Assembly: GCA_025061115.1 (NCBI GenBank)
Contig: JANZKC010000005.1
Location: 1-35,655 of the forward strand
Length of the DNA: 35,655 nucleotides
Reading direction: 5' to 3'
From: Candidatus Culexmicrobium cathedralense
GTDB lineage: Archaea; Thermoproteota; Methanomethylicia; Culexarchaeales; Culexmicrobiaceae
In this document: in pieces, positions 27,862 through 35,498 of the stretch
Numbering within the stretch: the first letter of the stretch is position 1
How the letters are laid out: every line of letters starts with the position of its first letter
The notes under the pieces: generated by a model
Told to the model about the DNA's origin: nothing
The model's input: the letters and a program-made list of their open reading frames with translations, nothing else
The model's database searches: none
Made by a program: the position numbers and the translations under genes

Positions 27862-28112
27862 TCCTCCTTCATTATTTCAACTATATTAAGCGGTTTTTCG
27901 GTTCTTAGGAAAACACCTTTTTTAGCCATAATTTTACCTATGTGCTTGCCGAGCTCTTCAGGGCTAAGGCTTGCTATTTTATCGCATACTTTAACATGTA
28001 TTTCTCCTTCAACTACTACCCAATCATACCTGTTAAGCTCAATAAATGCTTCAAATATTGGACAATCATGCTTTAACGGACAGCATTCACATAACCCCTT
28101 AAGCTCAACCAC
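27852..28112 (-). CDS. Small Cys-containing hypothetical protein
   Basis: CECCPLKHDC; located in operon. Confidence 0.65.
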   Translation of the reverse strand: MVELKGLCECCPLKHDCPIFEAFIELNRYDWVVVEGEIHVKVCDKIASLSPEELGKHIGKIMAKKGVFLRTEKPLNIVEIMKEEWQ

Positions 28113-28128
28113 CTATATGTCACCTCCT

Positions 28129-28269
28129 TTATTTCAGCTCTTCTGCAACTATTTTTTGAGTATATCCGCAAACCGGACACCGATACAAGTATTCAATTGT
28201 ATTACTGCAATGGTGTTTCTTCATCTTTACTACAATCATTTCACGGTTGCATTTGGGGCAAAAATGCAT
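28129..28269 (-). CDS. Zn-ribbon protein (46 aa, not in ORF track)
   Basis: MHFCPKCNREM...YRCPVCGY. Confidence 0.7.
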   Translation of the reverse strand: MHFCPKCNREMIVVKMKKHHCSNTIEYLYRCPVCGYTQKIVAEELK

Positions 28270-28272
28270 TAT

Positions 28273-28479
28273 TTAATCACCTTCCAGTTCTTCAAGCATT
28301 TTTTCCATTTTCTTTATTGTTAGATAGCTGCTGTAGGCCATTCCCAAAAAGAAACATGACACCAGAGCTAACCAGAGAGGAATGTCTTCATAGTGGGCAG
28401 ACATGTTGTACCCTATTGCGAAACCGCAAAGCGTGAAAATAACCCATGTTATTTTCTCAAGCCTGCTCCAGCCCATCAC
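28273..28479 (-). CDS. Small 2-TM membrane protein
   Basis: Two hydrophobic segments and a charged tail. Confidence 0.65.
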   Translation of the reverse strand: MMGWSRLEKITWVIFTLCGFAIGYNMSAHYEDIPLWLALVSCFFLGMAYSSYLTIKKMEKMLEELEGD

Positions 28480-28663
28480 TTTTCACCTTTTTCTTTAGTT
28501 CTTCTAGTTCGGAAAGTATTACAGCACCTATGAACAGTATTGTCAACCAGATAGCTAACAGCCCGGTTTTAATGTCGCCTGAGAAGTAATAGTAGTTTGA
28601 CCACGTAACTACAACACCTATACCAAGCAATAGACCTAGAACCCTATGTACAACACCCATCAC
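28457..28663 (-). CDS. Small 2-TM membrane protein
   Basis: Two hydrophobic segments and a charged tail. Confidence 0.65.
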   Translation of the reverse strand: MMGVVHRVLGLLLGIGVVVTWSNYYYFSGDIKTGLLAIWLTILFIGAVILSELEELKKKVKSDGLEQA

Positions 28664-28890
28664 TTAGCCGCCTCTGTTGTTACTGTATTTTTAAGAATTT
28701 GCTGTAGATGTGCCAATAATGTTTTAAACTCTTCCAAGGTAAGCTCTACTTCTCTCGTTTCCCCGTCTAGGAGGTTAACTATTATTTTAACATATTTTTC
28801 ATTATCCACCGTGAAAACAACTGTAGTAACTACTACGTCCCCGCTTAAAGCAGAGGAGCTAACGTTTAAAACCCGTCTCTCCACATTCAA
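28660..28890 (-). CDS. Hypothetical protein (PC4-like beta-beta-alpha pattern)
   Basis: VKIIV...REVELTLEEFKTL. Confidence 0.6.
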   Translation of the reverse strand: MNVERRVLNVSSSALSGDVVVTTVVFTVDNEKYVKIIVNLLDGETREVELTLEEFKTLLAHLQQILKNTVTTEAAK

Positions 28891-29127
28891 TCACCTCCAC
28901 TTCACCAAGACCTTTTCGATTTGATGTTCAAGCATTATTAGTTTGCTATCAGGTAGTGTGAAAGCGTTTTCATAAGCATCTATAATCGCCAACTTCATAG
29001 CGCCATCTATGTTTACGTTCTCAAAACTTTCAATAGCCGCATATACTGCCTTGTCAAGTAATTCCAATACTGAGTAGGCGTGTTTTCCTTCATCTTTTCT
29101 CGGAAACAAGCTTATCAAAACCATCAC
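28891..29127 (-). CDS. Hypothetical protein
   Basis: Translationally coupled ORF. Confidence 0.6.
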   Translation of the reverse strand: MMVLISLFPRKDEGKHAYSVLELLDKAVYAAIESFENVNIDGAMKLAIIDAYENAFTLPDSKLIMLEHQIEKVLVKWR

Positions 29128-29396
29128 TTAATCACCAGTATTAGGTATTCTGCTAGGTTCTTCAATTCCTTTCTGGTCATGCTTACGGAAAGCTTTCTAC
29201 CGTCCTCTCTTTCAACAGTTACAACCACTATGTCGTTGAAGAACTCAGTATCAATCCTTCCTCTAGGAGGTATTTTACCTTCCACCCTCTTTTCCAACTG
29301 CTCCCTAAACTTTTTCACATGGTATTCGCAGAGAGCTATGTTGCCGTAAGCCCAGACTGCCTCCCTATTGCATCCGATAACGGAGCACTTAACCAT
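29124..29396 (-). CDS. Zn-finger protein (Cx4C...CxxH)
   Basis: KCSVIGC...LCEYH; the C-terminus resembles 28660-28890. Confidence 0.7.
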   Translation of the reverse strand: MVKCSVIGCNREAVWAYGNIALCEYHVKKFREQLEKRVEGKIPPRGRIDTEFFNDIVVVTVEREDGRKLSVSMTRKELKNLAEYLILVIK

Positions 29397-29566
29397 CGCT
29401 TAACCACCTTGTAAGGTTTTGGTTTTCTTTTAGGACGGTAACGTATGTAGTGGTGTTTTTCAACATAGCCGCAGTGTGGACACCTGTACTCTACCACGGT
29501 TTCATGTTCGAAATGAAACACTTCCTTCCTCATTTCATGGAAACATCTAGGACATCTCATCAACAA
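29336..29566 (-). CDS. Zn-ribbon protein
   Basis: CPRC...YRCPHCGY. Confidence 0.7.
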   Translation of the reverse strand: MLMRCPRCFHEMRKEVFHFEHETVVEYRCPHCGYVEKHHYIRYRPKRKPKPYKVVKRWLSAPLSDAIGRQSGLTAT

Positions 29567-29684
29567 CCACCTTTACATGTACTTCTACTTTTCTAACACA
29601 ATCAGAATGCCTAATAAGCAAATGATGTAGAAATATTTCAGCATTACTGTATTTTTCCGAACAGATGGGGCAAACATATACCAT
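29547..29684 (-). CDS. C2H2 zinc-finger protein (45 aa, not in ORF track)
   Basis: MVYVCPICSEKYSNAEIFLHHLLIRH. Confidence 0.7.
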   Translation of the reverse strand: MVYVCPICSEKYSNAEIFLHHLLIRHSDCVRKVEVHVKVVVDEMS

Positions 29685-29711
29685 CACTTATTCACCTTCT
29701 TGCTTGTATTT

Positions 29712-30011
29712 TTAATCTACTTGTTTAACCATTTTATGCCATAGGTGTGAAACTATGTGTTTTAGAACCGTAATGTTTTTAGGTGGTTGATAAGTGTAGA
29801 GCAGGTCTTCTAGGGCGTTTAGTTCAAGCTCCGAGACAGGTATTTTAATCAAATACGTTTTCCCGGGTTCCACGTCGGCCTCCCTAAGCTTCTCAGCGTA
29901 TTTCCTAACCTCCTCAAGATAGTTTACGCCTGGCAAATCCGTAACATACTTCTCCTTACCAATCTTGTCAACTAGGTCTCGGTCAACCCAAACCCAGCCA
30001 GCCATCAGCAA
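29712..30011 (-). CDS. Hypothetical protein
   Basis: ORF in operon with GGTGA RBS. Confidence 0.65.
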   Translation of the reverse strand: MLMAGWVWVDRDLVDKIGKEKYVTDLPGVNYLEEVRKYAEKLREADVEPGKTYLIKIPVSELELNALEDLLYTYQPPKNITVLKHIVSHLWHKMVKQVD

Positions 30012-30193
30012 TCACCTAGAACTTCGAGTACCAAGTATTTTTCACCATCTATCCACTTTGACGACCAACCGTAAGGGTCGCTAACCTTAACATACTTGCC
30101 GCTGGGAGATACTTCAATAACCTTAACCTCCTCGATGCCATCATATGGGCCTCTTATTAAAACCCTTTTACCGACAAGCTCCTTCCAATTCAC
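30005..30193 (-). CDS. Small SH3/Sm-like beta-barrel protein
   Basis: LVGKRVLI...VKVIEVSPSGKYVKV. Confidence 0.65.
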   Translation of the reverse strand: MNWKELVGKRVLIRGPYDGIEEVKVIEVSPSGKYVKVSDPYGWSSKWIDGEKYLVLEVLGDC

Positions 30194-30200
30194 CTACGTT

Positions 30201-30455
30201 TCACCTGCTGAACTTTATTTCTTCAACTATTTTGAACCCTAAGCTTCCAAGCTCATCGCTGATCTTGTCGAAGTCACTGCCTTCAACCTTGGCTTTTAGA
30301 ACTGCTCTCCTCCTAGCGCTCTGCACAACAGCTACCAAGGTTTCCCCGTCGAAGCAAAAGTACCTTTCACCTGTCGGATTCTCTTCTTTAATCCATTCTA
30401 TAAAAGACTTATAATCCGAGAACTTAACATGCAACACAGCACCGCACCACCACAC
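30201..30455 (-). CDS. Hypothetical protein
   Basis: First gene of the leftward operon, divergent from the RAMP gene; start uncertain. Confidence 0.6.
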   Translation of the reverse strand: MWWCGAVLHVKFSDYKSFIEWIKEENPTGERYFCFDGETLVAVVQSARRRAVLKAKVEGSDFDKISDELGSLGFKIVEEIKFSR

Positions 30456-30499
30456 TTATATGCTAGTATACTGTATATATACTTTCCGGAGGTGATATT

Positions 30500-31042
30500 G
30501 TGAAAAGAAGAAACCCAGAACAAGAAGAGGCAATAATAGAGGTAACGTTAATACCGGAAACATGGATTATAGCGCCACTTGTAACAGAGCAGCAACTTAG
30601 AAGATGGTATGAGAAAGGATGGATTAACGATGAAGACCTCCACCTGGACCGTGCATTTCCCAGATCAGCTGATGGTAGGCCGATAATTTTCAAGCTTTGG
30701 CTGCTGGCTCCTATGAAGCGTGCATGTGATAAGCTAGGGTATTCCAGGAGCGTGCTTAACTTCTCAATTATTGACGACCACGGGTTCCCTGTCGAATATG
30801 TTGAAATACCTGACCAGCCTTTAAAATACCGTAGAGTCATATTGGGGCCTAAGCAGTCAACGGAGTATTTCGAATACATTGACAGCACCTATGAGTTAAA
30901 GTTCAGGGTTAAAACCAGATACCCCAAGGAGTTCTGCGAAATCCTCAACGCAGCTGGAAGAATAGGTTTAATGGCGAGATCAGGTAAGGGATTCGGAAAG
31001 TTCAGAGTTTCCTTCAAGGTGGAAACACTTAAAAACCAATAA
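30500..31042 (+). CDS. Stand-alone RAMP-superfamily protein (Cas7/Csm3-like)
   Basis: N-terminal strand IEVTLIPETWIIA; PRSADGRPII..WLLAPMKRA (compare Csm3 PxIPGSSLKG); FEYI...ELKFRV; C-terminal Gly-rich loop GLMARSGKGFGKF; GGAGGTGA RBS. Confidence 0.75.
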   Translation: MKRRNPEQEEAIIEVTLIPETWIIAPLVTEQQLRRWYEKGWINDEDLHLDRAFPRSADGRPIIFKLWLLAPMKRACDKLGYSRSVLNFSIIDDHGFPVEYVEIPDQPLKYRRVILGPKQSTEYFEYIDSTYELKFRVKTRYPKEFCEILNAAGRIGLMARSGKGFGKFRVSFKVETLKNQ

Positions 31043-31074
31043 CCCCTTTTTTCCCCCATACGTGTAGGGAATGT

Positions 31075-31093
31075 ATCCCCTTCCCGAGGGGAT
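31075..31093. other. GC-rich hairpin ATCCCCT-TCCCG-AGGGGAT bordering the periodic array
   Basis: 7-bp perfect stem. Confidence 0.65.
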
Positions 31094-31099
31094 GAACCC

Positions 31100-31418
31100 C
31101 AACGCACAATATCAACACAGTATTTGGCAATTTTCATTTAATATTTCGCAATTTGCATCACGTATCTAACATCACCCATCATAAAATGATAACACTTCAT
31201 CTCGCAACCACCATACTTAATTCATAATTAGCAACAGTAACAGGCAGATTCCAACCAACAACTAACACCCACCATTCACAGATTAAAACGCACAAATATT
31301 AACCGACAATACTAACCAACCATATTTAAAGGCACAGCAATAATTCACAATCTGACAAATACCAACTCTCAATTACAACCATGAAAAGAACAACCCGCAA
31401 CCTCAAAAACCAAATATA
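31100..31418. ncRNA. Non-coding 7-nt periodic array (H-A-N5, about 45 units); candidate guide RNA for the adjacent RAMP
   Basis: A at position 2 in 20/20 units from 31100 and 20/20 units from 31279. Position 1 is C in about half the units and never G. No ORF of 60 aa or more covers most of it. Confidence 0.7.
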
Positions 31419-31419
31419 A

Positions 31420-31680
31420 TTATTCCTCCTTCCTCTCATAATCCATACATGCCGGATCAGTTTCCAAAACACAGTTAAACCTGTAATACGGACATTCCGG
31501 TGTTAAAAACTTCCTGCATGAACCACAGCATTTAAACTTCATTCTCTCGCTTCTAGGTAGACTCCTCCAAACCCATATTGTTTTAAACTTCTCATCTAAG
31601 GCCTTAGGAAGCTCCTTTTCCAAATCCTTCAAAACATCGTAAATTATTTGCCAGAAGAAATCAACATCATCCTTAGACAT
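31420..31680 (-). CDS. Small Cys-rich protein
   Basis: CCGSC...C...C...ACMDYE; similar to the C-terminal Cys domain of 32415-33983. Confidence 0.7.
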   Translation of the reverse strand: MSKDDVDFFWQIIYDVLKDLEKELPKALDEKFKTIWVWRSLPRSERMKFKCCGSCRKFLTPECPYYRFNCVLETDPACMDYERKEE

Positions 31681-32415
31681 TTAGATCACCTCCTCAAGGG
31701 TTTTCTGCCTTAAAATATCCCTAGCGTAGATTCTCCTATTAGCCACGAAGAAGGCAGATCCTTTACTCTTCATCTTGCTTTCAAGCTCAACGAATCTGCG
31801 GAAGAAATCAGGGAACCGGGCCCTTAAAACCATAAGCTCCTTCTCACTCATGAAAACACCGCAGCAGCATGTCTCCTTTACACCGATCCTATACCATGGA
31901 GGATAGGGTAAACCATGCTCCTCAATATATTTCTCCACCTGTTCATCAGACCAGTCGATAATGGGGCAATAACCCCATGCAAGAGCGTCCCTCTTAAATA
32001 TTATTTGAGGTAGATTGGCTCGTCTAGGAGACTCGCTACGCCTTAACCCTAAAACCTCTGCTTTAGATCCTTTAAACCTCTTAACATACTGTATTATCGG
32101 TTTGAGTTTTAAATGGTAGCAACACCACCTCCTAGTTTTCTTAGGGAAACCATACTTCAAAACCATGTCTTCAAAACTTATTTCCGGCCTTAAAACCACC
32201 AGATCCCATCCAAGACTCTTAGCAACCCTTCTAACATATTCTTCAACACCGGGAAGCATAATAGTAGTGTCAACGTGTAAAACCTTAATCTCGAGGTCTA
32301 GTCCCCTAGTATCCTCTATGAAATAATGCGTAGCAACCAAACTATCCTTGCCACCGCTGAAACATGGAAAAGCATACTTAATCCTATACTTCACAACAAA
32401 ATCCCTAGGCCTCAC
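31681..32415 (-). CDS. PAPS reductase family (PP-loop) protein
   Basis: FSGGKDS, VDT, RWCCYHLKLKP, GLRRSESPRR, PIIDWS, C-terminal Cys cluster. Confidence 0.9.
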   Translation of the reverse strand: MRPRDFVVKYRIKYAFPCFSGGKDSLVATHYFIEDTRGLDLEIKVLHVDTTIMLPGVEEYVRRVAKSLGWDLVVLRPEISFEDMVLKYGFPKKTRRWCCYHLKLKPIIQYVKRFKGSKAEVLGLRRSESPRRANLPQIIFKRDALAWGYCPIIDWSDEQVEKYIEEHGLPYPPWYRIGVKETCCCGVFMSEKELMVLRARFPDFFRRFVELESKMKSKGSAFFVANRRIYARDILRQKTLEEVI

Positions 32416-33983
32416 TATTCTTCACCTTTAGGTTCGAAGTCTTTGCATGCTTTGGTCAGGTTCATTTCCATTTCAGACACTAGGTTGTGGCCTTTAAGAC
32501 AAGTGTATGTTCTTTCCTCATGGTCGAAGACTAGGTGTTTGCAGTTAAGGCAGCACCTGTAGTTGGAGGAAACAACGTAGACAGGTGTGTGAGACCCTTT
32601 CTTCCATGTTCTAGGCCAAACCCTTGCCTCTCCTTTGCGGTCGAGCTCCCAAACAGCTCTCACAACCTCCCCGTAGGTTGCTGTTTTAGAGGGGAAGCTT
32701 CTTGCAAGGCTTCTGAGCCTTATCTTCCCCGCTGCTTCAATCTTGTTCCTTACTTTTTCCAGTATTTTGAAGAACCTTTCCTCCCTAGGGGAAGCAGCCA
32801 TGTCAGGCACTTGACCCCAGCTTGTCGATACCGTGTCGATTAACATGTCGGCAATCAGAGTACCGACATCTCCACTTGTCGGCACCCCCGTATCGACAGG
32901 AGGTATCGACACCGTACCGACAACTATATCGACACCTCTCACACCAATAGTTTTCAAGAACTCCAGAACATCAGGGTAACATGAGAAAAAGTTGGAGATG
33001 TCGGTACTCTCACCATATAAGAACTGGTTTACCAGTGATGGGTTCTCCAGTAGCTTATTTAGAGAGATAATGGTGTGTCTGGAGTGCGGAAACCGTATCG
33101 ACATGTCGACAGGTTCTCTTATTTCAGCTAATTTGGAAGCAGCCTCATCAACCAAGTAGGCTGCCATCAGCTTAACCCAGTACTCGGCCGCCATCCTTGC
33201 AACCGCAGGGTCCCCTGTTCTCTCATATATTTTCCTCTGAACGTAGGACCCTATTTTTGTCTCGTAGTTCCAGTCCAGGTGAACCAGGAAAGCCCACCTG
33301 CTTAGAGCAGCCGATGTCCTCATAAGCTCCGCTAGTGCTTTCGCCCCCTCGGCTGTTATCGGCCAAGCTGCGAACGGAAGGGTTTTCCCGAAGTTCAGGA
33401 ACAGGATCCTTCTTTTCAAGGCGGGCCAGAGGCTGAATATTCCTGAGAAGTCATCGGGGGTTCCTAGGAAAAGAGCTGAAACATAGTATTGCTTGGGTGG
33501 AACGTAGACTGTTCTTTCAACCTTCCTTCCTTTCTCAACCCTTCCAACGCTTATTTCTTCGAGGTTGTAGAGTTTAAGCGCGATCATGTTACCCCATTCG
33601 CTCATGTAGCCTCTTCTCTGAGCGATCTTCAGTATTTCACCTATCTCGTAAACAACGTATATTCCCCATTTTTTCTCCTCAATTTTCTCCGCAACAGACT
33701 GGGGGGATCCGTGGATTATCGTCGGCAACAGCATGGAAGGGATTTCGGCAACCCATGACTTTGCGGAGCCGGTTTCACCTATCAGGCCCAGCATTCCGTT
33801 TCCGAAGTGGACGGGCCTAGGGTTAATGTAGACTTTTCCAATAGTGTTTAAAACAATGGAACCCAGGATTTTAAGTTCGCTAAGCCTTTTCCTTGCAACG
33901 TCGGGGCTGTAGTCTTCGAAAAACCGAATCCACTTCTCCATCCATCCTCCGGGAAGGAAAGGATCCAGGTTTAGCTGGGGCAA
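32415..33983 (-). CDS. P-loop (AAA+/MCM-like) ATPase with winged helix and Cys domain; putative replication helicase/initiator
   Basis: LIGETGSAKS (MCM-type Walker A variant), YVVYEIG Walker B-like, ALKRRIL arginine finger-like; C-terminal wHTH-like region and CCLNC. Confidence 0.6.
   Translation of the reverse strand: MPQLNLDPFLPGGWMEKWIRFFEDYSPDVARKRLSELKILGSIVLNTIGKVYINPRPVHFGNGMLGLIGETGSAKSWVAEIPSMLLPTIIHGSPQSVAEKIEEKKWGIYVVYEIGEILKIAQRRGYMSEWGNMIALKLYNLEEISVGRVEKGRKVERTVYVPPKQYYVSALFLGTPDDFSGIFSLWPALKRRILFLNFGKTLPFAAWPITAEGAKALAELMRTSAALSRWAFLVHLDWNYETKIGSYVQRKIYERTGDPAVARMAAEYWVKLMAAYLVDEAASKLAEIREPVDMSIRFPHSRHTIISLNKLLENPSLVNQFLYGESTDISNFFSCYPDVLEFLKTIGVRGVDIVVGTVSIPPVDTGVPTSGDVGTLIADMLIDTVSTSWGQVPDMAASPREERFFKILEKVRNKIEAAGKIRLRSLARSFPSKTATYGEVVRAVWELDRKGEARVWPRTWKKGSHTPVYVVSSNYRCCLNCKHLVFDHEERTYTCLKGHNLVSEMEMNLTKACKDFEPKGEE
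32823..33111. repeat. Iteron-like GTAYCGACA cluster with 18-bp inverted repeat; candidate replication origin
   Basis: About 12 copies in both orientations; AGAGTACCGACATCTCCA at 32857-32874 and its reverse complement at 32993-33010. Confidence 0.7.
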
Positions 33984-33997
33984 AGCAGAGTGCCTCT

Positions 33998-34444
33998 CTA
34001 CTTTACTTCTTCCTCTACGATTTCAACGTTTTCCAGCCCTGTTTTACATGAGTAGTAGTAGCATGGCAGGTAAATTGTTTGCCACAGGAAATCCCTTAGC
34101 CCCTTCGTTAGCGTTAAAGGTATTGTGTTGTTTTTCCTCCTCCTGGAAGCAATGTCGCTAATGAACCTGCTGAGGAAACCTGTAATCTTCCATTCTGGCT
34201 CAATAATTCCTCTAACATTGTTTTCAACGTCTCTAAGCAACCAGAGAATATAGTCTAGGACGAAACCCGGCACTCTGTCAATACGTTTCTCCAGCATGTA
34301 GTCCAGTAGCCTAATAAGCCCTGCTACGGACGGTAGAAGGCCTATGTCGGCGTCGGGCTCTATAGCTAACCTTACCTTGCCGTATTTGATTTCAACCATG
34401 TCGAGGTTGTCAAAATATTTGATGTAAACTTTTTCTCTAGGCAA
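33998..34444 (-). CDS. Hypothetical protein heading the replication operon
   Basis: TTG start after GGGTGA and a TTTAAATA box. Confidence 0.7.
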   Translation of the reverse strand: MPREKVYIKYFDNLDMVEIKYGKVRLAIEPDADIGLLPSVAGLIRLLDYMLEKRIDRVPGFVLDYILWLLRDVENNVRGIIEPEWKITGFLSRFISDIASRRRKNNTIPLTLTKGLRDFLWQTIYLPCYYYSCKTGLENVEIVEEEVK

Positions 34445-34628
34445 AAATTCACCCCTATAATTTATTTCTCTTACACTAGTATTTAAACCTTATAGATAAA
34501 AAAGGAACAAACTGCGGAAACATATAAGCATATAGGCAAATAGGAGGAAGCAAAAACAGAAAACGCTCAGAAGTAATAATACGTAATTACCTGGAAAGAA
34601 AAATAATATTAAACTTATGGCTTATTTT

Positions 34629-34979
34629 TTAGTAGAACAGCTCATCGCTGACTATTTTCCTGAGGTGTTCAGGTAGTTGACTTATTTTCGCTAGTATGGT
34701 TTTCAACGGCATTAATGTTGAAACTTCTGCAACTACTCTATTCTCTCTAAGGTCAAAAACTGTAACGTATATGTTGCTACGCGTTGTTTCATATACGTGT
34801 ATAAGATATCGCATTTCTGGTGTTTTTTCGATAACTTGCGGTCTTTTTTCCGCACTAAATTCTGCTAATATTTTCCCATCACTAGATAATATCATGTATC
34901 TGTTGGCATAGCATGTTCGGCGAGATGTTGCTCTTGGAATGTATATTTTGTTTTCTAACACTATTGGGCTTGCACTCAT
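34629..34979 (-). CDS. Hypothetical protein (116 aa)
   Basis: Likely start MSASP after AGGTGGTG; the longer track ORF overlaps the divergent promoter. Confidence 0.6.
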   Translation of the reverse strand: MSASPIVLENKIYIPRATSRRTCYANRYMILSSDGKILAEFSAEKRPQVIEKTPEMRYLIHVYETTRSNIYVTVFDLRENRVVAEVSTLMPLKTILAKISQLPEHLRKIVSDELFY

Positions 34980-35100
34980 TAGCACCACCTTCATGTGTAC
35001 TATTTTATGTGCAACCATATTTAAATGTTCCGCTAAATGGCTAATTAGGGGAGGGTTTAAATACTTCTCTGCACACCTAATATACATGGAGTGAGAAAGG

Positions 35101-35451
35101 ATGTACAAAGGAATCGTGGTGATCAAAAATGCAAATGAACTGGAAAGAGACGTAGCTGAAGTGAAAAAGAAATACGAGATTAATGTTATTAAAAGAGACG
35201 CTGCTATAGATAGCGTAGTATATGATCCTGAGAAAACAGACTATCTAGTAGTGTATGTTGATGATTTAGAAAAAGCTAAGAAACTTGATTACGAAAAGCG
35301 AACATACATAGTGCCGACATTGAAGGAGATAAAGTTCAGCAATCCTGACATCGTCAGAGCAGTAATGTATTCTGAAAAGTATCACTATAAATTTACTGTC
35401 AATCCGTCAATACACTATACCTATGTTTATACGTTAATAATAAGAAAATAA
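35101..35451 (+). CDS. Hypothetical protein
   Basis: 116-aa ORF after TTTAAATA and GGAGTGA. Confidence 0.7.
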   Translation: MYKGIVVIKNANELERDVAEVKKKYEINVIKRDAAIDSVVYDPEKTDYLVVYVDDLEKAKKLDYEKRTYIVPTLKEIKFSNPDIVRAVMYSEKYHYKFTVNPSIHYTYVYTLIIRK

Positions 35452-35498
35452 GTTCAACTATTCTTTTTCTTTTCTTATAATATGCATGAGGTGTGAAA

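Noticed and set aside
31043-31100. Hairpin resembling a type I-E CRISPR repeat (ATCCCC...GGGGATGAACC)
   Set aside because: Only one copy and no repeat-spacer structure, so it is not called a CRISPR array.
34445-34628. A-rich intergenic stretch with a faint RHH-like remnant (RSEVIIRNYLE)
   Set aside because: No convincing start, periodicity or repeat; too weak to call.
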